64,000 bases of DNA, taken from the IMG/VR virus record IMGVR_UViG_3300032323_003202, positions 7,077 to 71,076 of that record; one strand, 5' to 3'. This DNA comes from a virus. The notes under the pieces were generated by a model. That model worked only from the letters and a program-made list of their open reading frames with translations, did not search any database and had not been told where the DNA came from. Position numbers and translations under genes: made by a program. Shown here piece after piece: positions 29,792 to 40,249 of the stretch. Position 1 is the stretch's first letter; each line of letters opens with the position of its first letter.

Positions 29792-30555
29792 TATGTTATC
29801 TTTCTATTTTTATCTCCAATAAATGGTTTAACTGAATCAATATATTCTTTTAATTTATCCTTAGTTATACTTACATAGTTATTATATATCTGTAAATTTC
29901 TATAATACCATTGTTGTTCAGGTTGAACTTTGTTATGATATAAATGATAACAATTATTATCATTTTCTTTCCATTTCAAGAAGTGTTTTACTTTGATACT
30001 CATTGCATCATCTTCAGCACCCCAACCAAAGAACTCTTCTGGCCAACCCCCTATTCTTTCTAATGCTTCTTTAGTAAAAATAGTCATTGCACCACACATT
30101 GGTAATTTTTGATGGTCTAACTCACCTCTACCAGGTCTTTGAATATTAAATATTTCATTACAATCCAATTTATTTTCATTTGGGTCTAAGTCAACTAATC
30201 TAATATGTGGTGAAACAAAGTCATAATTTTCTAATTCATCTATTGATGATAGTATGTGTTTGGTATCAATTAAGTTATCCGCATCTCCAAACACAATAGT
30301 ATCAGTAGTTGCAGATTTCCAAGCAACATTTAAACTCCAAGATTTATTAAATGGTAGTGGGTTACTCATAAAAATATAATTTTCATTGGTTATTATATTT
30401 TTAGTAGGTAGTATAGGTTCTAAACCTTGTTCAATAACAATTACTTCACAATTCAAGTTTGAATCTTTTATATTTTTTAATACTTTTTCTAATGTAAGAG
30501 CTCTATCATCAGTATATTTAAAAGGTATTATATAAGTAAAATTAAAACTGGTCAT
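29791..30555 (-). CDS. Glycosyltransferase (GT2/GT7-like)
   Basis: YIIPF, FNKSWSLN, FGDAD, GGWPEEFFGWGAEDD, HLYH. Confidence 0.85.
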   Translation of the reverse strand: MTSFNFTYIIPFKYTDDRALTLEKVLKNIKDSNLNCEVIVIEQGLEPILPTKNIITNENYIFMSNPLPFNKSWSLNVAWKSATTDTIVFGDADNLIDTKHILSSIDELENYDFVSPHIRLVDLDPNENKLDCNEIFNIQRPGRGELDHQKLPMCGAMTIFTKEALERIGGWPEEFFGWGAEDDAMSIKVKHFLKWKENDNNCYHLYHNKVQPEQQWYYRNLQIYNNYVSITKDKLKEYIDSVKPFIGDKNRKIT

Positions 30556-31279
30556 ATTTATTAATTTGTGAATTTTTTGGCATACTAAGATTTATTGATT
30601 TAATTAAATCTTCTTTAGATAGATTATTTAATGTTTGAAGTAGTTGTAGATTTCTTTGTTGTAAAACCATATTAGGCATTTCTCTATTATAGTATAATTG
30701 ATAACCTTTTTGGTCAAGCTCAGTCCAATTTAGAAATTGTTTTACTTTATTTGATAAAAATTCATCTTCACCATGTCCAATAAGTTCTTCATACCAGCCA
30801 CCTATTTTTTGTATAGCATCTTTTCTGAAAATACAAAAACTCTCACATATTGATTTTTCTCTACCAAATCTATCAATATTTAAAATATCTGGTAATTGTA
30901 AACCTGATTCATTTTGTTGAAGTTCAATTTGTTTTTTATAAGGACTAACCATATCATATTTTTCTATTAGTTTAAGTCCTTCAATAAATTTATTAGGATC
31001 CATAATTATTCCTAAATCAGAAAATACTATTACATTTGATTTTGATAATTTTGTTCCAACATTAAATCCCCAGGCTTTATTATAGGGTTTATTTGATTTT
31101 AGGAAAACTTGTCTTGCTTTTAAAGGTAGGTGTGAAATTTTTGAGTGTGTATCTTGTTCAACAAGAATAACATCAACCCCTGCAAATCCATTAATCCAGT
31201 CAAGAGTTCTTTTTAGATTATTGAATTTTTCTAAAGAATGTCTATACCCTATTATAAAGGTAAAAGTGTGTGTATTCAT
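30542..31279 (-). CDS. Glycosyltransferase paralog, possibly degenerate
   Basis: YNKAWGFN, FSDLG (DxD altered), GGWYEELIGHGEDE. Confidence 0.7.
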   Translation of the reverse strand: MNTHTFTFIIGYRHSLEKFNNLKRTLDWINGFAGVDVILVEQDTHSKISHLPLKARQVFLKSNKPYNKAWGFNVGTKLSKSNVIVFSDLGIIMDPNKFIEGLKLIEKYDMVSPYKKQIELQQNESGLQLPDILNIDRFGREKSICESFCIFRKDAIQKIGGWYEELIGHGEDEFLSNKVKQFLNWTELDQKGYQLYYNREMPNMVLQQRNLQLLQTLNNLSKEDLIKSINLSMPKNSQINKYDQF

Positions 31280-31318
31280 TCATAATTAATTATTTTTTTA
31301 ATTATATGAATAAAAAAC

Positions 31319-31471
31319 TTATTGTTTAGGAGTAATATACTCTTTTTGATTAATTATAGTTAACATTTGATTAGTTGATAATTCATTATGATTCCAATTC
31401 ATCTTCTTACAGAAGTTTAATAGAAACTTTTCTCTTAATAATGAAATGTTTTCTTTTTGTGATTTATCCAT
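31319..31471 (-). CDS. 50-aa hypothetical protein (not in ORF track)
   Basis: MDKSQKENISLLREKFLLNFCKKMNWNHNELSTNQMLTIINQKEYITPKQ*. Confidence 0.55.
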   Translation of the reverse strand: MDKSQKENISLLREKFLLNFCKKMNWNHNELSTNQMLTIINQKEYITPKQ

Positions 31472-31514
31472 AATTTAATTTTTATTTTATATATAATTTT
31501 ATTATCTTTGCAGT

Positions 31515-32093
31515 ATGGTATTTAAAGTAAGAGGTATATTAGATTTCAGTCCAGAGGACAAAACTAAGAAGCATGTTAGTCAAGCTTCTTGGAAGAAAGT
31601 TGCTATGATACGTACTAATTGTGAGTTAGATAGATACTATGCTTGGTTTTTGAAAAAAAGATTTAATCTTGAGTTAGTTAGAAACTTGAGAGGTACTCAC
31701 GTTACTTTTATTAATGATAGAATGGATGCTAAAACATTCAACCAATTTGCTGAATTATTTACTGGTAAAGAAATTGACTTTTATGTTGAAACAGAACCAA
31801 GAAGTAATGGTGAACACTGGTGGTTAAGAGTTCATTGTCCGGAAGCTGAAAGTATCAGAGAAATAATGGGTTTATCAAGAGAACCATTCTTTGGTATGCA
31901 CTTAACATTAGGAAGAGCTGAAGAAAGATACCCAGAGGGTGTTGAAGAGAATAATAATTCAATTTTGAAAATTAAAAAAGATTACATAGAACACTCTGAG
32001 TATATCTTAGAATGTTGTAAAAGACATGAATTAATTTCTAATGAACCAAGAAAACCATTAAGTGAATTAAAAATAGTAGAATGGAACAAATAG
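31515..32093 (+). CDS. 2H phosphoesterase-family protein
   Basis: Two HxT motifs: GTHVTFI and GMHLTLG. Confidence 0.65.
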   Translation: MVFKVRGILDFSPEDKTKKHVSQASWKKVAMIRTNCELDRYYAWFLKKRFNLELVRNLRGTHVTFINDRMDAKTFNQFAELFTGKEIDFYVETEPRSNGEHWWLRVHCPEAESIREIMGLSREPFFGMHLTLGRAEERYPEGVEENNNSILKIKKDYIEHSEYILECCKRHELISNEPRKPLSELKIVEWNK

Positions 32094-32572
32094 TAAATTA
32101 TATAGAAAATACATATGAGTTTGAAATTGTACCTTGTTCAATTCCAGCTAGTGACTTTCAATACATAAAAAGAAACTTTTACATTTGGATAATGAATAGT
32201 GTGAGTAAGAAACTATTCTACTTTTTAAGAGATAAAGTTTCACCTATAAAGTTTTTAGAAGAAAGACCTGATGGTACTATTTGGTTGAGAAAAAGAATGT
32301 CTGATAATAAATTATGTGAAATTGAAGTTAAGACAATTTATCTATATGACCATAGTACACAAGTTAAACTACCAGATGGTAATTATTCATTTCCTACAGA
32401 ATATCATAATTATTCAATAAGATTGGTAAATGATTATCTTTATGTACATAATCTTGATGAAATACAGATAGAAAAGTTAGATACTATATTAATAGATAAA
32501 CATCTTTGTCAGATTCCTGAGTTGAAAGAGTTTAATAGAAATAAAAAACTTGAAAATATATTAAATAATTAA
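32081..32572 (+). CDS. Hypothetical protein with C-terminal RNKKLENIL motif
   Basis: ORF track. Confidence 0.6.
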   Translation: MEQIVNYIENTYEFEIVPCSIPASDFQYIKRNFYIWIMNSVSKKLFYFLRDKVSPIKFLEERPDGTIWLRKRMSDNKLCEIEVKTIYLYDHSTQVKLPDGNYSFPTEYHNYSIRLVNDYLYVHNLDEIQIEKLDTILIDKHLCQIPELKEFNRNKKLENILNN

Positions 32573-32636
32573 TCATGATGTTACATGATTAAACAAATCT
32601 ATAGTTATTCATATAACAAGAAACTAATTTTGTTAT

Positions 32637-33743
32637 ATGAATAATAATGTAGATAAACAATACCTTGATTTTTTAAGACATATTCTTAAAAATGGTGTTA
32701 AAAAAATTGATAGAACAGGTACAGGAACAATATCTGTATTTGACTACTCTATGAGATTTAATATGAGTGAAGGATTCCCTTTACTTACTTCCAAAAAAAT
32801 GTTCACTAAAGCAGTTATCATAGAACTTATGTGGTTCTTGAAAGGTGATACCAATATCAAATACCTAGTTGATAATGGTTGTAATATCTGGAATGGTGAT
32901 GCTTATAAGGCATATGAGAGATATGTTTTCTCTACAGAAGAAAAAATAAGAAAAGAAAATTGGCAATGTGATTTTCAACCAATTGAGATTATGACTAAAG
33001 AACAATTTGTTGATAATATGAGAAATGACCCTGAGTTTCATGAAAGATGGGGTGACTTAGGTCCTGTTTATGGTGCTCAATGGAGAAATTGGGAAGGTGT
33101 TTCTGCTGGTATGGCAATTTCACGTGATATGGAATGGGGTTCTAATAATGTAGAAGAAGAGAAATATGGTATAGACCAAATTGCTAATCTTATTAATGAT
33201 CTTAGAACTGATCCAGACTCAAGAAGACTTATGGTTAATGCTTGGAATGTTTCAGAAATTGAAAATATGACTTTACCACCTTGTCACTTTGGATTTCAAT
33301 GTTATACTACAGAAATGACATTTGAACAAAGACTAGAACACTGGTGTAGTTCATTAGGTAAACACATTAGTTATGGTAATGACTTTGATGAAAAGAAATT
33401 AGATGAATTGAATGTTCCAAAGAGAAAATTGGATTTGAAATGGTTTCAAAGGTCAGTTGATTCATTTTTGGGATTACCATTCAATATTACATCTTATGCA
33501 TTACTATTACATCTATTGGCAAGAGAAGTTAATATGGTTCCAAATGATTTAATATTTTCAGGTGGTGATTGTCATATATACCTTAATCATGTTGATGTTG
33601 TTAAAAAACAATTAGAACAAGAAACATATAAGTTACCAAAATTAGAATTATCTAATAAATCAATTGATGATATAAAATATGAAGATTTTAATATAATTGG
33701 ATATCAATCATCACCAACTCTTAAAGGTGAGTTGTCAAATTAA
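32637..33743 (+). CDS. thyA: Thymidylate synthase
   Basis: DRTGTGT, FPLLTSKK, LGPVYGAQWR, SRR, LPPCH, QRSVDSFLGLPFN, DCHIYLNH. Confidence 0.96.
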   Translation: MNNNVDKQYLDFLRHILKNGVKKIDRTGTGTISVFDYSMRFNMSEGFPLLTSKKMFTKAVIIELMWFLKGDTNIKYLVDNGCNIWNGDAYKAYERYVFSTEEKIRKENWQCDFQPIEIMTKEQFVDNMRNDPEFHERWGDLGPVYGAQWRNWEGVSAGMAISRDMEWGSNNVEEEKYGIDQIANLINDLRTDPDSRRLMVNAWNVSEIENMTLPPCHFGFQCYTTEMTFEQRLEHWCSSLGKHISYGNDFDEKKLDELNVPKRKLDLKWFQRSVDSFLGLPFNITSYALLLHLLAREVNMVPNDLIFSGGDCHIYLNHVDVVKKQLEQETYKLPKLELSNKSIDDIKYEDFNIIGYQSSPTLKGELSN

Positions 33744-33759
33744 AAAATAAAATAATAAA

Positions 33760-34251
33760 ATGAGTAATTTAAGCACAATGAACTATTTAGATAGTATAGT
33801 TGAACAAATAAAAACTATTGATACTACTGACTTACCAGATAAAGTAAGTGATGAAGCAGTTAATACAATTATAGAAGAACAAAAAACCTTCTTTTGGATA
33901 AGACTTTATATAAAAGATGAACAACCAAATATTGAAGTTGGTGATGATGTTACAATTCATTATACACCAAGTGGTGAAAAAATGACAACAAAGTTTATCT
34001 GTTATGGTAAACAAGGTTTAGATAAAGATAATGGTGATATAGTAACCCATTATAATACAGAGGATGATAAAAAAGTTCTTTGTTTAATGGTTGATGAAAA
34101 AACAGTTAACTTTAGTAAAGAAATTCCATTTATAAGAACTCTGTTCAAAACAGGTAGACACTTTGAATACCAATTAGTAAGAAGAGATGAATTACAATTT
34201 ATAATTGATAAAAATAATATTATTTTAGATTACTATGACACTTCTTTCTAA
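33760..34251 (+). CDS. Hypothetical protein
   Basis: ORF track; cotranscribed layout with thyA. Confidence 0.65.
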   Translation: MSNLSTMNYLDSIVEQIKTIDTTDLPDKVSDEAVNTIIEEQKTFFWIRLYIKDEQPNIEVGDDVTIHYTPSGEKMTTKFICYGKQGLDKDNGDIVTHYNTEDDKKVLCLMVDEKTVNFSKEIPFIRTLFKTGRHFEYQLVRRDELQFIIDKNNIILDYYDTSF

Positions 34252-34738
34252 AGAAATAGAAAAATACTTCAATCTTATTAAAGTTGATAGTAATCCTGTT
34301 TCTTTCAATATAAGAGAAGTATTTAAAAATAATGGTAAAGTAGAATCTTCTATAAGAGAAGAGGTATATAATTTAGAAAAATATCAGTTAGACATAACTG
34401 ATATTTCTTCTATTAAAACAATGTTATTTACCAACATGACATTATCTAATATCAAAGAGGTAAAAATATCTAAAAATACACTTATAATGCTTTTTAGAGA
34501 TAATAAGAAGATTATTTTGAAAGAACTAAAGGATATTTCATCAACTAATTTTATAATTACATCAACTGACATATTTAATAATTTTTTGACTGATATAGAT
34601 TGTGAAGTAATTATAGATAATTCAGTTAATGATATTATTGTAGGAGAAAGAACAGATTTTTTATTAAGAGAAATATCATCAACAGAAATAGAGTTTTATT
34701 TTGATAAAAGTAAGTTTAATTGTTTAATAATTAAGTAA
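34235..34738 (+). CDS. Hypothetical protein
   Basis: ORF track. Confidence 0.55.
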   Translation: MTLLSKEIEKYFNLIKVDSNPVSFNIREVFKNNGKVESSIREEVYNLEKYQLDITDISSIKTMLFTNMTLSNIKEVKISKNTLIMLFRDNKKIILKELKDISSTNFIITSTDIFNNFLTDIDCEVIIDNSVNDIIVGERTDFLLREISSTEIEFYFDKSKFNCLIIK

Positions 34739-35066
34739 TTTCAAATTCAAAAGTCTCAAAATCTCTATTACCATATTTTACACTAACTTCAATACTATTT
34801 TTAGGATTAACAGAAGATGTTCCTAATAATTGACCAATTTTCATATCTCTGGTTTCTGTTGTATCATAAAAATTAACAACAATACGATAATCAGTTATTA
34901 AACCTGTTTCATGTAATCTTTTTCTAATTTTACTTCCTATCCAAGATGAAACCTCATGAGAAAATGAATCTGATTTTCTATGTATGAAAAATTCCAATGA
35001 TTTTCTACAAAAGAACTCTATAATATCTTTAATATAGGTTCTTTCAATTTCTGCTAACTCTTTCAT
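34731..35066 (-). CDS. Hypothetical protein with RDMKIGQLL motif
   Basis: ORF track; TAATG coupling with the upstream gene. Confidence 0.6.
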   Translation of the reverse strand: MKELAEIERTYIKDIIEFFCRKSLEFFIHRKSDSFSHEVSSWIGSKIRKRLHETGLITDYRIVVNFYDTTETRDMKIGQLLGTSSVNPKNSIEVSVKYGNRDFETFEFEIT

Positions 35067-35527
35067 TAATTAATTCCTAATTTTCTTAATTTAATATCTC
35101 TTTTAATAGAATCATCTACAACAAGTTGTATTTCTTTTTTACTTACCCATTTATCTTTCATAAAATCAATAATACCTTGTTTCTTTTTAGGATCTCTTGC
35201 AATTCCATCAGTTGATGTAAAATCAACAGCTCTAACTTTTACTTTATCTTTTGATGTGTCTAAAACCTCAAGTTCATAAGTAACTTTGAAACTTTCTTCT
35301 TTGTCTGTTTTTGGATTATAACAAAGTCCATAGTCAGGATAAATAACTTTATCACCTGGCTCAATTAGCATAAGTTCTTCATTGAACTTTTCCATTTCAG
35401 TATTTTTTGCTTTTATTTCAGTAAGTTCTTTTTTTAAAGATTCATTCTTTGAGTAGAATATATGTAATAGTATTATTAGGAAGAATAAACAACCTAATGA
35501 GACTAATAGAGCAATTTGTAATATCAT
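35066..35527 (-). CDS. N-terminally membrane-anchored protein
   Basis: N-terminal hydrophobic helix, coiled coil, C-terminal RDIKLRKL. Confidence 0.7.
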   Translation of the reverse strand: MILQIALLVSLGCLFFLIILLHIFYSKNESLKKELTEIKAKNTEMEKFNEELMLIEPGDKVIYPDYGLCYNPKTDKEESFKVTYELEVLDTSKDKVKVRAVDFTSTDGIARDPKKKQGIIDFMKDKWVSKKEIQLVVDDSIKRDIKLRKLGIN

Positions 35528-35657
35528 GATTTTTAGTTTCCTATTTTAGTATTTTTTAATAGTTTAGTTTAATAATTTTCTCAGTTTGACATTTCTGCAC
35601 AAATTTAGTGAAAAAATATTTAATATATACACTACAAATAAATTTATATTAAAACAT

Positions 35658-37355
35658 ATGAAATGGATTAGAAATAGAAACAAATTCCTTAATGAAGCAA
35701 AATTAAGAGATGTTATATTCCCTACACAAGCTAAAGAAGTTGCTTCTAGATGGGGTGAAAAGTATTTAGACTATGAAGAGATAGAACCTACAAGTAGTAT
35801 AGAACAAGGAAGGTGGAAATTAGACTATGAGGATAAAATGGCAGTATTTTCAGCTTTTATGGATTGTGATATGGATGAAATAATTGAATTATTTGATAAT
35901 TTACCACAAGCTTTTGTTAATTTTATTTCTGAGGTAGCATCAGATAACATAAAAGGAATTGATATAAATAAACCTACTTTAGACCAGTTGGTATTTATTT
36001 TTAATCCTGTATTTAGAAAAATATCTGTTAATGATACATTAGCAAATAATATGATTTCTAAAGATGAGAATGGCAGACCTATAAAAGATTCTGATGGAAA
36101 TATGATTAGAGTTGAGAAAGTATCAGGTGAATTAGTTTTAACAAATAACTTAGTTAATATTAATACTATTCTTGATGATTATAATTCAATGGTTAATAAA
36201 TATGTAAATGGTAATTTAGGTGACAAGTATAAAAATTCTGATATATTGAATGATGATTTGTTCTATAATAATGACTTACAAAAATATGTAAGTGCTGCAA
36301 AAGATGATTCAAATTATGATTATGATTGGAAATATGATGTTGAAATTTTTGAAAAAGATATTTATTTATCTATTAAACATAATCCAATGGATATATTAAA
36401 TATGTCTATATCTAAATTCTACTCATCTTGTCAACATTTATATACTGGTGGTCATAGAAGTCAATTACTGGCAAATGTGTTTGATCCTAATAGTATTCCT
36501 GCATTTTTAATTTTTGATTCACCTATTTATAATAAAGAAAATCAAAAAATATCTGATGTAATGCCATTATCAAGAATGCAATTGAGAAAGATTGAAACTA
36601 TGGATGAGAATAAGAATGTTAAAATATATTTTGATAGAGCTTATCCTGATAGAATGCAAAATATTTTCCCAGAAATTGTTGAGAAATATACATCAAATAA
36701 AGAAGCTGAAACTACAAGTGGTTATAATTATATTTATGCACCAGATATTGATTCAGGTGATGAGAATACATTAGAAAGACCATATCATGATAGAATTGAA
36801 GGTAGAATTATAAATAAAAAGAGAATAGGTTCTAATATTAGAAGTCTTGACCTTTCTGCTATACATGATTGGAGTAATTTTATTATATCACCAAATAATA
36901 ATCTTAAAGAATTAGTTATTGAAACTACTCAACTACCTGAAAATCTATTAGATCTTAAACTAGAACTTGAATGGGTTAAGTTTAAATATTTGAAGTTAAA
37001 TACATTAGAACCATTTTCTAAAATATCATATTCTGCTATAGCTTTTGAAAAATGTAAATTTGATAATAAGATATTTACAGATATTTTAAAGAATACTCCA
37101 GATGTTAAAAAGATAAAACTTATAAGTTGTGATAATGCAACAACTCCTAATTTTTCTAAATTCAAAAATTTAGAAGAGTTACACTTTATTTATACATTAG
37201 ATACTATTAAACAATTAGAAAGAGCAATTAGAGGTGTTGAAAGTCTTAAAAGACTTGGAGTATCTGGTGATTTATTAACAAAAGAAACAAAACCATTTTT
37301 TGATTCATTAAAATCAAAAGGTGTAAAAATAGAAGTAACAGGACCATCTATATAA
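35658..37355 (+). CDS. Hypothetical protein with leader-like MKWIRNRNKFLNE and LRR-like C-terminus
   Basis: ATG 35658 follows TAATATATAC; LxxLxL repeats at the C-terminus. Confidence 0.65.
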   Translation: MKWIRNRNKFLNEAKLRDVIFPTQAKEVASRWGEKYLDYEEIEPTSSIEQGRWKLDYEDKMAVFSAFMDCDMDEIIELFDNLPQAFVNFISEVASDNIKGIDINKPTLDQLVFIFNPVFRKISVNDTLANNMISKDENGRPIKDSDGNMIRVEKVSGELVLTNNLVNINTILDDYNSMVNKYVNGNLGDKYKNSDILNDDLFYNNDLQKYVSAAKDDSNYDYDWKYDVEIFEKDIYLSIKHNPMDILNMSISKFYSSCQHLYTGGHRSQLLANVFDPNSIPAFLIFDSPIYNKENQKISDVMPLSRMQLRKIETMDENKNVKIYFDRAYPDRMQNIFPEIVEKYTSNKEAETTSGYNYIYAPDIDSGDENTLERPYHDRIEGRIINKKRIGSNIRSLDLSAIHDWSNFIISPNNNLKELVIETTQLPENLLDLKLELEWVKFKYLKLNTLEPFSKISYSAIAFEKCKFDNKIFTDILKNTPDVKKIKLISCDNATTPNFSKFKNLEELHFIYTLDTIKQLERAIRGVESLKRLGVSGDLLTKETKPFFDSLKSKGVKIEVTGPSI

Positions 37356-38764
37356 TGAAAGAATTAAAATATATACAACTTTTTGAAGCATTTGAATCTA
37401 GTAAACTATCTAAGACATTAAAGTTTATTAATAAACAATATAGAAGTAGATTTTTACAAGATATAAAATCATTGTGTAATTCAAAAAACTTCCCATTATC
37501 TGAGATAAGTGATGATTTGTTTGAATATCTTCCTTATAGAAAGGCACTTTCACTTCATAAAGATCCTGTTCAGAAAAAATGTAGTGCAACTTCTGAAAGT
37601 GAATTTAGTTCTGGTGTGGCAATACCTGGTGAAAAGTGTGAAGAAGGTAAACTAAAAAGAAGTTGGGGTGCTGGTAGAGTTAGAGTTATGACTTGTCCTA
37701 ATTGTAATGGCACAGGAATTGAACCATTCAGAGAAAATTGGAAATATCTTAAATTTTGGTTTAGTGCTGATAAAAAGTATGTTGCAAAAACTGCAACAAA
37801 TGGTGTCATTTATGGTGATGGTACAAGTCCATATAGATATGATAGAAATGTTGGTATAAGTTATGGTTCAATTGGTGCATCAGGATGGTATTGGAGTGAA
37901 GAAGTTCTTAAAAAGTCATTGAAAGAAGCCAATTTTGCATTAGTACTTGATTTAGATAAATTAGAAAAGAAATCTAAAAAAGTAAAAAATACAAAAATAA
38001 CACAAGATAATAGAGAGAAAAGTAGAGAAAATGCACTTGCACTACAAAGTAATCAAGATATTAAAGACCAAAACATTAGAAGATATTTTGATGCTCTTAT
38101 AGAAAAAAGTAAACTTAAAGGTAACTTAGATGATATTAAAAACTTACATAAATTAGTTTCAAGATTTATGTGTGGTAATTATCCATTATTTGCATTACAT
38201 CCTTCAAGTGATGTTGATTCTATGCGTAAGATAAATAGTATTGGTGAAGATATTTATGGTATTATGGTTTCTTTACAAAAAGATAATAGTCAAGGAAACC
38301 AAAACTCACTAATAACTAAAATACACAATGTAAATGGTAATATTAAATCATATCTTAATGGTTTGAAAGAATATAAAATTAGAATTAAGAAAAGTTTAGA
38401 ACTAACTAAATCATATCTTAATTCTCAGTCAGAAAGAACAAAAGATTATAGATCTGTTAAATTATTTAATAATATTATGGAGATAAATAATCTTATTTAT
38501 AAGTATGTATCTAATTATAAAGTTGAGACTTTATATGATTATGAGTCACTATTAGCAGATTTGACAACAATTACTGAGTTATTTGATCAAAAAAGATATT
38601 TATATGATGTTAGATATTTCTTTGAAAAAACTTCATCTAGATGGAGTTGGGATGATGCAAAAACTTATTTAACTGATAGACATCTTTATGATAGAGAAAT
38701 TGAATCTGGACTTGAAGGTAGTGAAAGATTTATACAATTCTTAAAAAATAAATATTCTTTATAA
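37355..38764 (+). CDS. Hypothetical protein with leader MKELKYIQLFEAFES and DnaJ-type Zn motif
   Basis: CPNCNGTG. Confidence 0.65.
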   Translation: MKELKYIQLFEAFESSKLSKTLKFINKQYRSRFLQDIKSLCNSKNFPLSEISDDLFEYLPYRKALSLHKDPVQKKCSATSESEFSSGVAIPGEKCEEGKLKRSWGAGRVRVMTCPNCNGTGIEPFRENWKYLKFWFSADKKYVAKTATNGVIYGDGTSPYRYDRNVGISYGSIGASGWYWSEEVLKKSLKEANFALVLDLDKLEKKSKKVKNTKITQDNREKSRENALALQSNQDIKDQNIRRYFDALIEKSKLKGNLDDIKNLHKLVSRFMCGNYPLFALHPSSDVDSMRKINSIGEDIYGIMVSLQKDNSQGNQNSLITKIHNVNGNIKSYLNGLKEYKIRIKKSLELTKSYLNSQSERTKDYRSVKLFNNIMEINNLIYKYVSNYKVETLYDYESLLADLTTITELFDQKRYLYDVRYFFEKTSSRWSWDDAKTYLTDRHLYDREIESGLEGSERFIQFLKNKYSL

Positions 38765-39385
38765 ATGAGACATTTGAAAATATATGAAGATTTTAATAAA
38801 GGTAATGGAATCTTAATTATAGTTGATGTTCAAAAGTCTTTTAAGAAATTTTTTACAGATAATTACATAACTGCACTTAATAAGTATTGTCAGAGTTTTA
38901 AGGATGTTTATCAAATATGGGATAATCATATTGATGGTAAGAATGTTGATAAAGATTATCTATATGATGAGAATCCAGATATTCCAGTTCATAATGACTT
39001 ATATAGTTTCCCTAATCAAAGAGATATGATTGAAAAAAGATATAACTATGATGTTGATGCAGATTTTTATAAAAAGATATTAGATGAAAAGGTTTATAAT
39101 GATATTAAACAAAAAGAAAAAAATCATCTATTAAATAGAGGTGATTTCTTTAAAACTACAGAAGATACCTATCTTATCTATATTGGTAACAATCATAAAT
39201 GGTATCACTTACCTAAGAAGTTACAAGAGTTATTTACTAACTTAAAAGGTAAAGAGGTTGTAATGGTTGGTGGTTCTGACCAAGAGTGTTATTTAGATGT
39301 AGAAACTGCAGCAAAAACTTTTGGTGTTAAAATTAGAAGAGATAATAATTATATTTATTCTGCTACATTTTGTCCAATAAAATAA
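38765..39385 (+). CDS. Isochorismatase/nicotinamidase-like cysteine hydrolase with leader MRHLKIYEDF
   Basis: LIIVDVQKSF, D-x-H, IEK, VVMVGG..EC catalytic pattern. Confidence 0.7.
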   Translation: MRHLKIYEDFNKGNGILIIVDVQKSFKKFFTDNYITALNKYCQSFKDVYQIWDNHIDGKNVDKDYLYDENPDIPVHNDLYSFPNQRDMIEKRYNYDVDADFYKKILDEKVYNDIKQKEKNHLLNRGDFFKTTEDTYLIYIGNNHKWYHLPKKLQELFTNLKGKEVVMVGGSDQECYLDVETAAKTFGVKIRRDNNYIYSATFCPIK

Positions 39386-39395
39386 TAAAAAAGAT

Positions 39396-39845
39396 ATGAG
39401 ATACTTAAAAACTTTTGAAAATTTTGATTTTGATAGAATTGATTCTGATGAATCAGATTATTTATATGTAGAAACTTCACAGATACCCAATTCTGGTAAA
39501 GGTTTATTTACTGCAATAGATATTGAAAAGGATGAAGTTATTTCAGTATTTAAAGGAGAAATACTTTCAGATGAAGAGATAAAATTAAGAACTGAATCAG
39601 GGAATGATGATTATTTTATGAATCTACCAAATGGTGACATATTAGATTGTAAACAAACTGATTGTTTTGCTAAATATGCTAATGATGCTGAAGGTTCTGA
39701 TACAGGATTTAAAAATAATTGTATCATTTCAATGGAAGAAGATGATGTTGTTTTAGTTGCAACAAGAAATATAGAAGCAGGTGAGGAAATATTTGTTGAA
39801 TATGGTGAAAACTATTGGCAAAATAATTCTTATAGACTTAGCTAA
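39396..39845 (+). CDS. SET-domain protein-lysine methyltransferase with leader MRYLKTFENF
   Basis: SGKGLFTA, AKYAND, ATRNIEAGEEIFVEYG..YW. Confidence 0.88.
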   Translation: MRYLKTFENFDFDRIDSDESDYLYVETSQIPNSGKGLFTAIDIEKDEVISVFKGEILSDEEIKLRTESGNDDYFMNLPNGDILDCKQTDCFAKYANDAEGSDTGFKNNCIISMEEDDVVLVATRNIEAGEEIFVEYGENYWQNNSYRLS

Positions 39846-40215
39846 TAGTGGCATAAACTTCATATCCATTAATTGTAAAATTAATTTCCATATATTCTTG
39901 ATACCTTTCTGGATCATCATAGAAATTCACAACTAGTTCATAGTTCATATTATCAATTTCAGGTATATAATCTGCAATTTGTGCCATTAAATCACCTTGT
40001 ATTGATTCTGATGATAATTTAGTTTCATGTAACAATAATGTAAGGTCTCCACCAAAGTTAGGTTCACCTAATACTTCTCCTTTATTAGTAAATAATATCA
40101 TTTCATACTTTTGTATGATAACCTTTACCACATCATCTTCAATTAGTTCTAATGGTATATAATCAGGATGTCCTGGATAATGTATATAAAAGTCTATAAA
40201 ATTGAAATTTGCCAT
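39838..40215 (-). CDS. Baseplate wedge subunit (gp25-like)
   Basis: MILFTNKGEVLGEPNFGGDL..IADYIPEI; start re-called at MANF. Confidence 0.8.
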   Translation of the reverse strand: MANFNFIDFYIHYPGHPDYIPLELIEDDVVKVIIQKYEMILFTNKGEVLGEPNFGGDLTLLLHETKLSSESIQGDLMAQIADYIPEIDNMNYELVVNFYDDPERYQEYMEINFTINGYEVYATIS

Positions 40216-40249
40216 ATAATTTATATATAAAAATTTTATATATACATTT

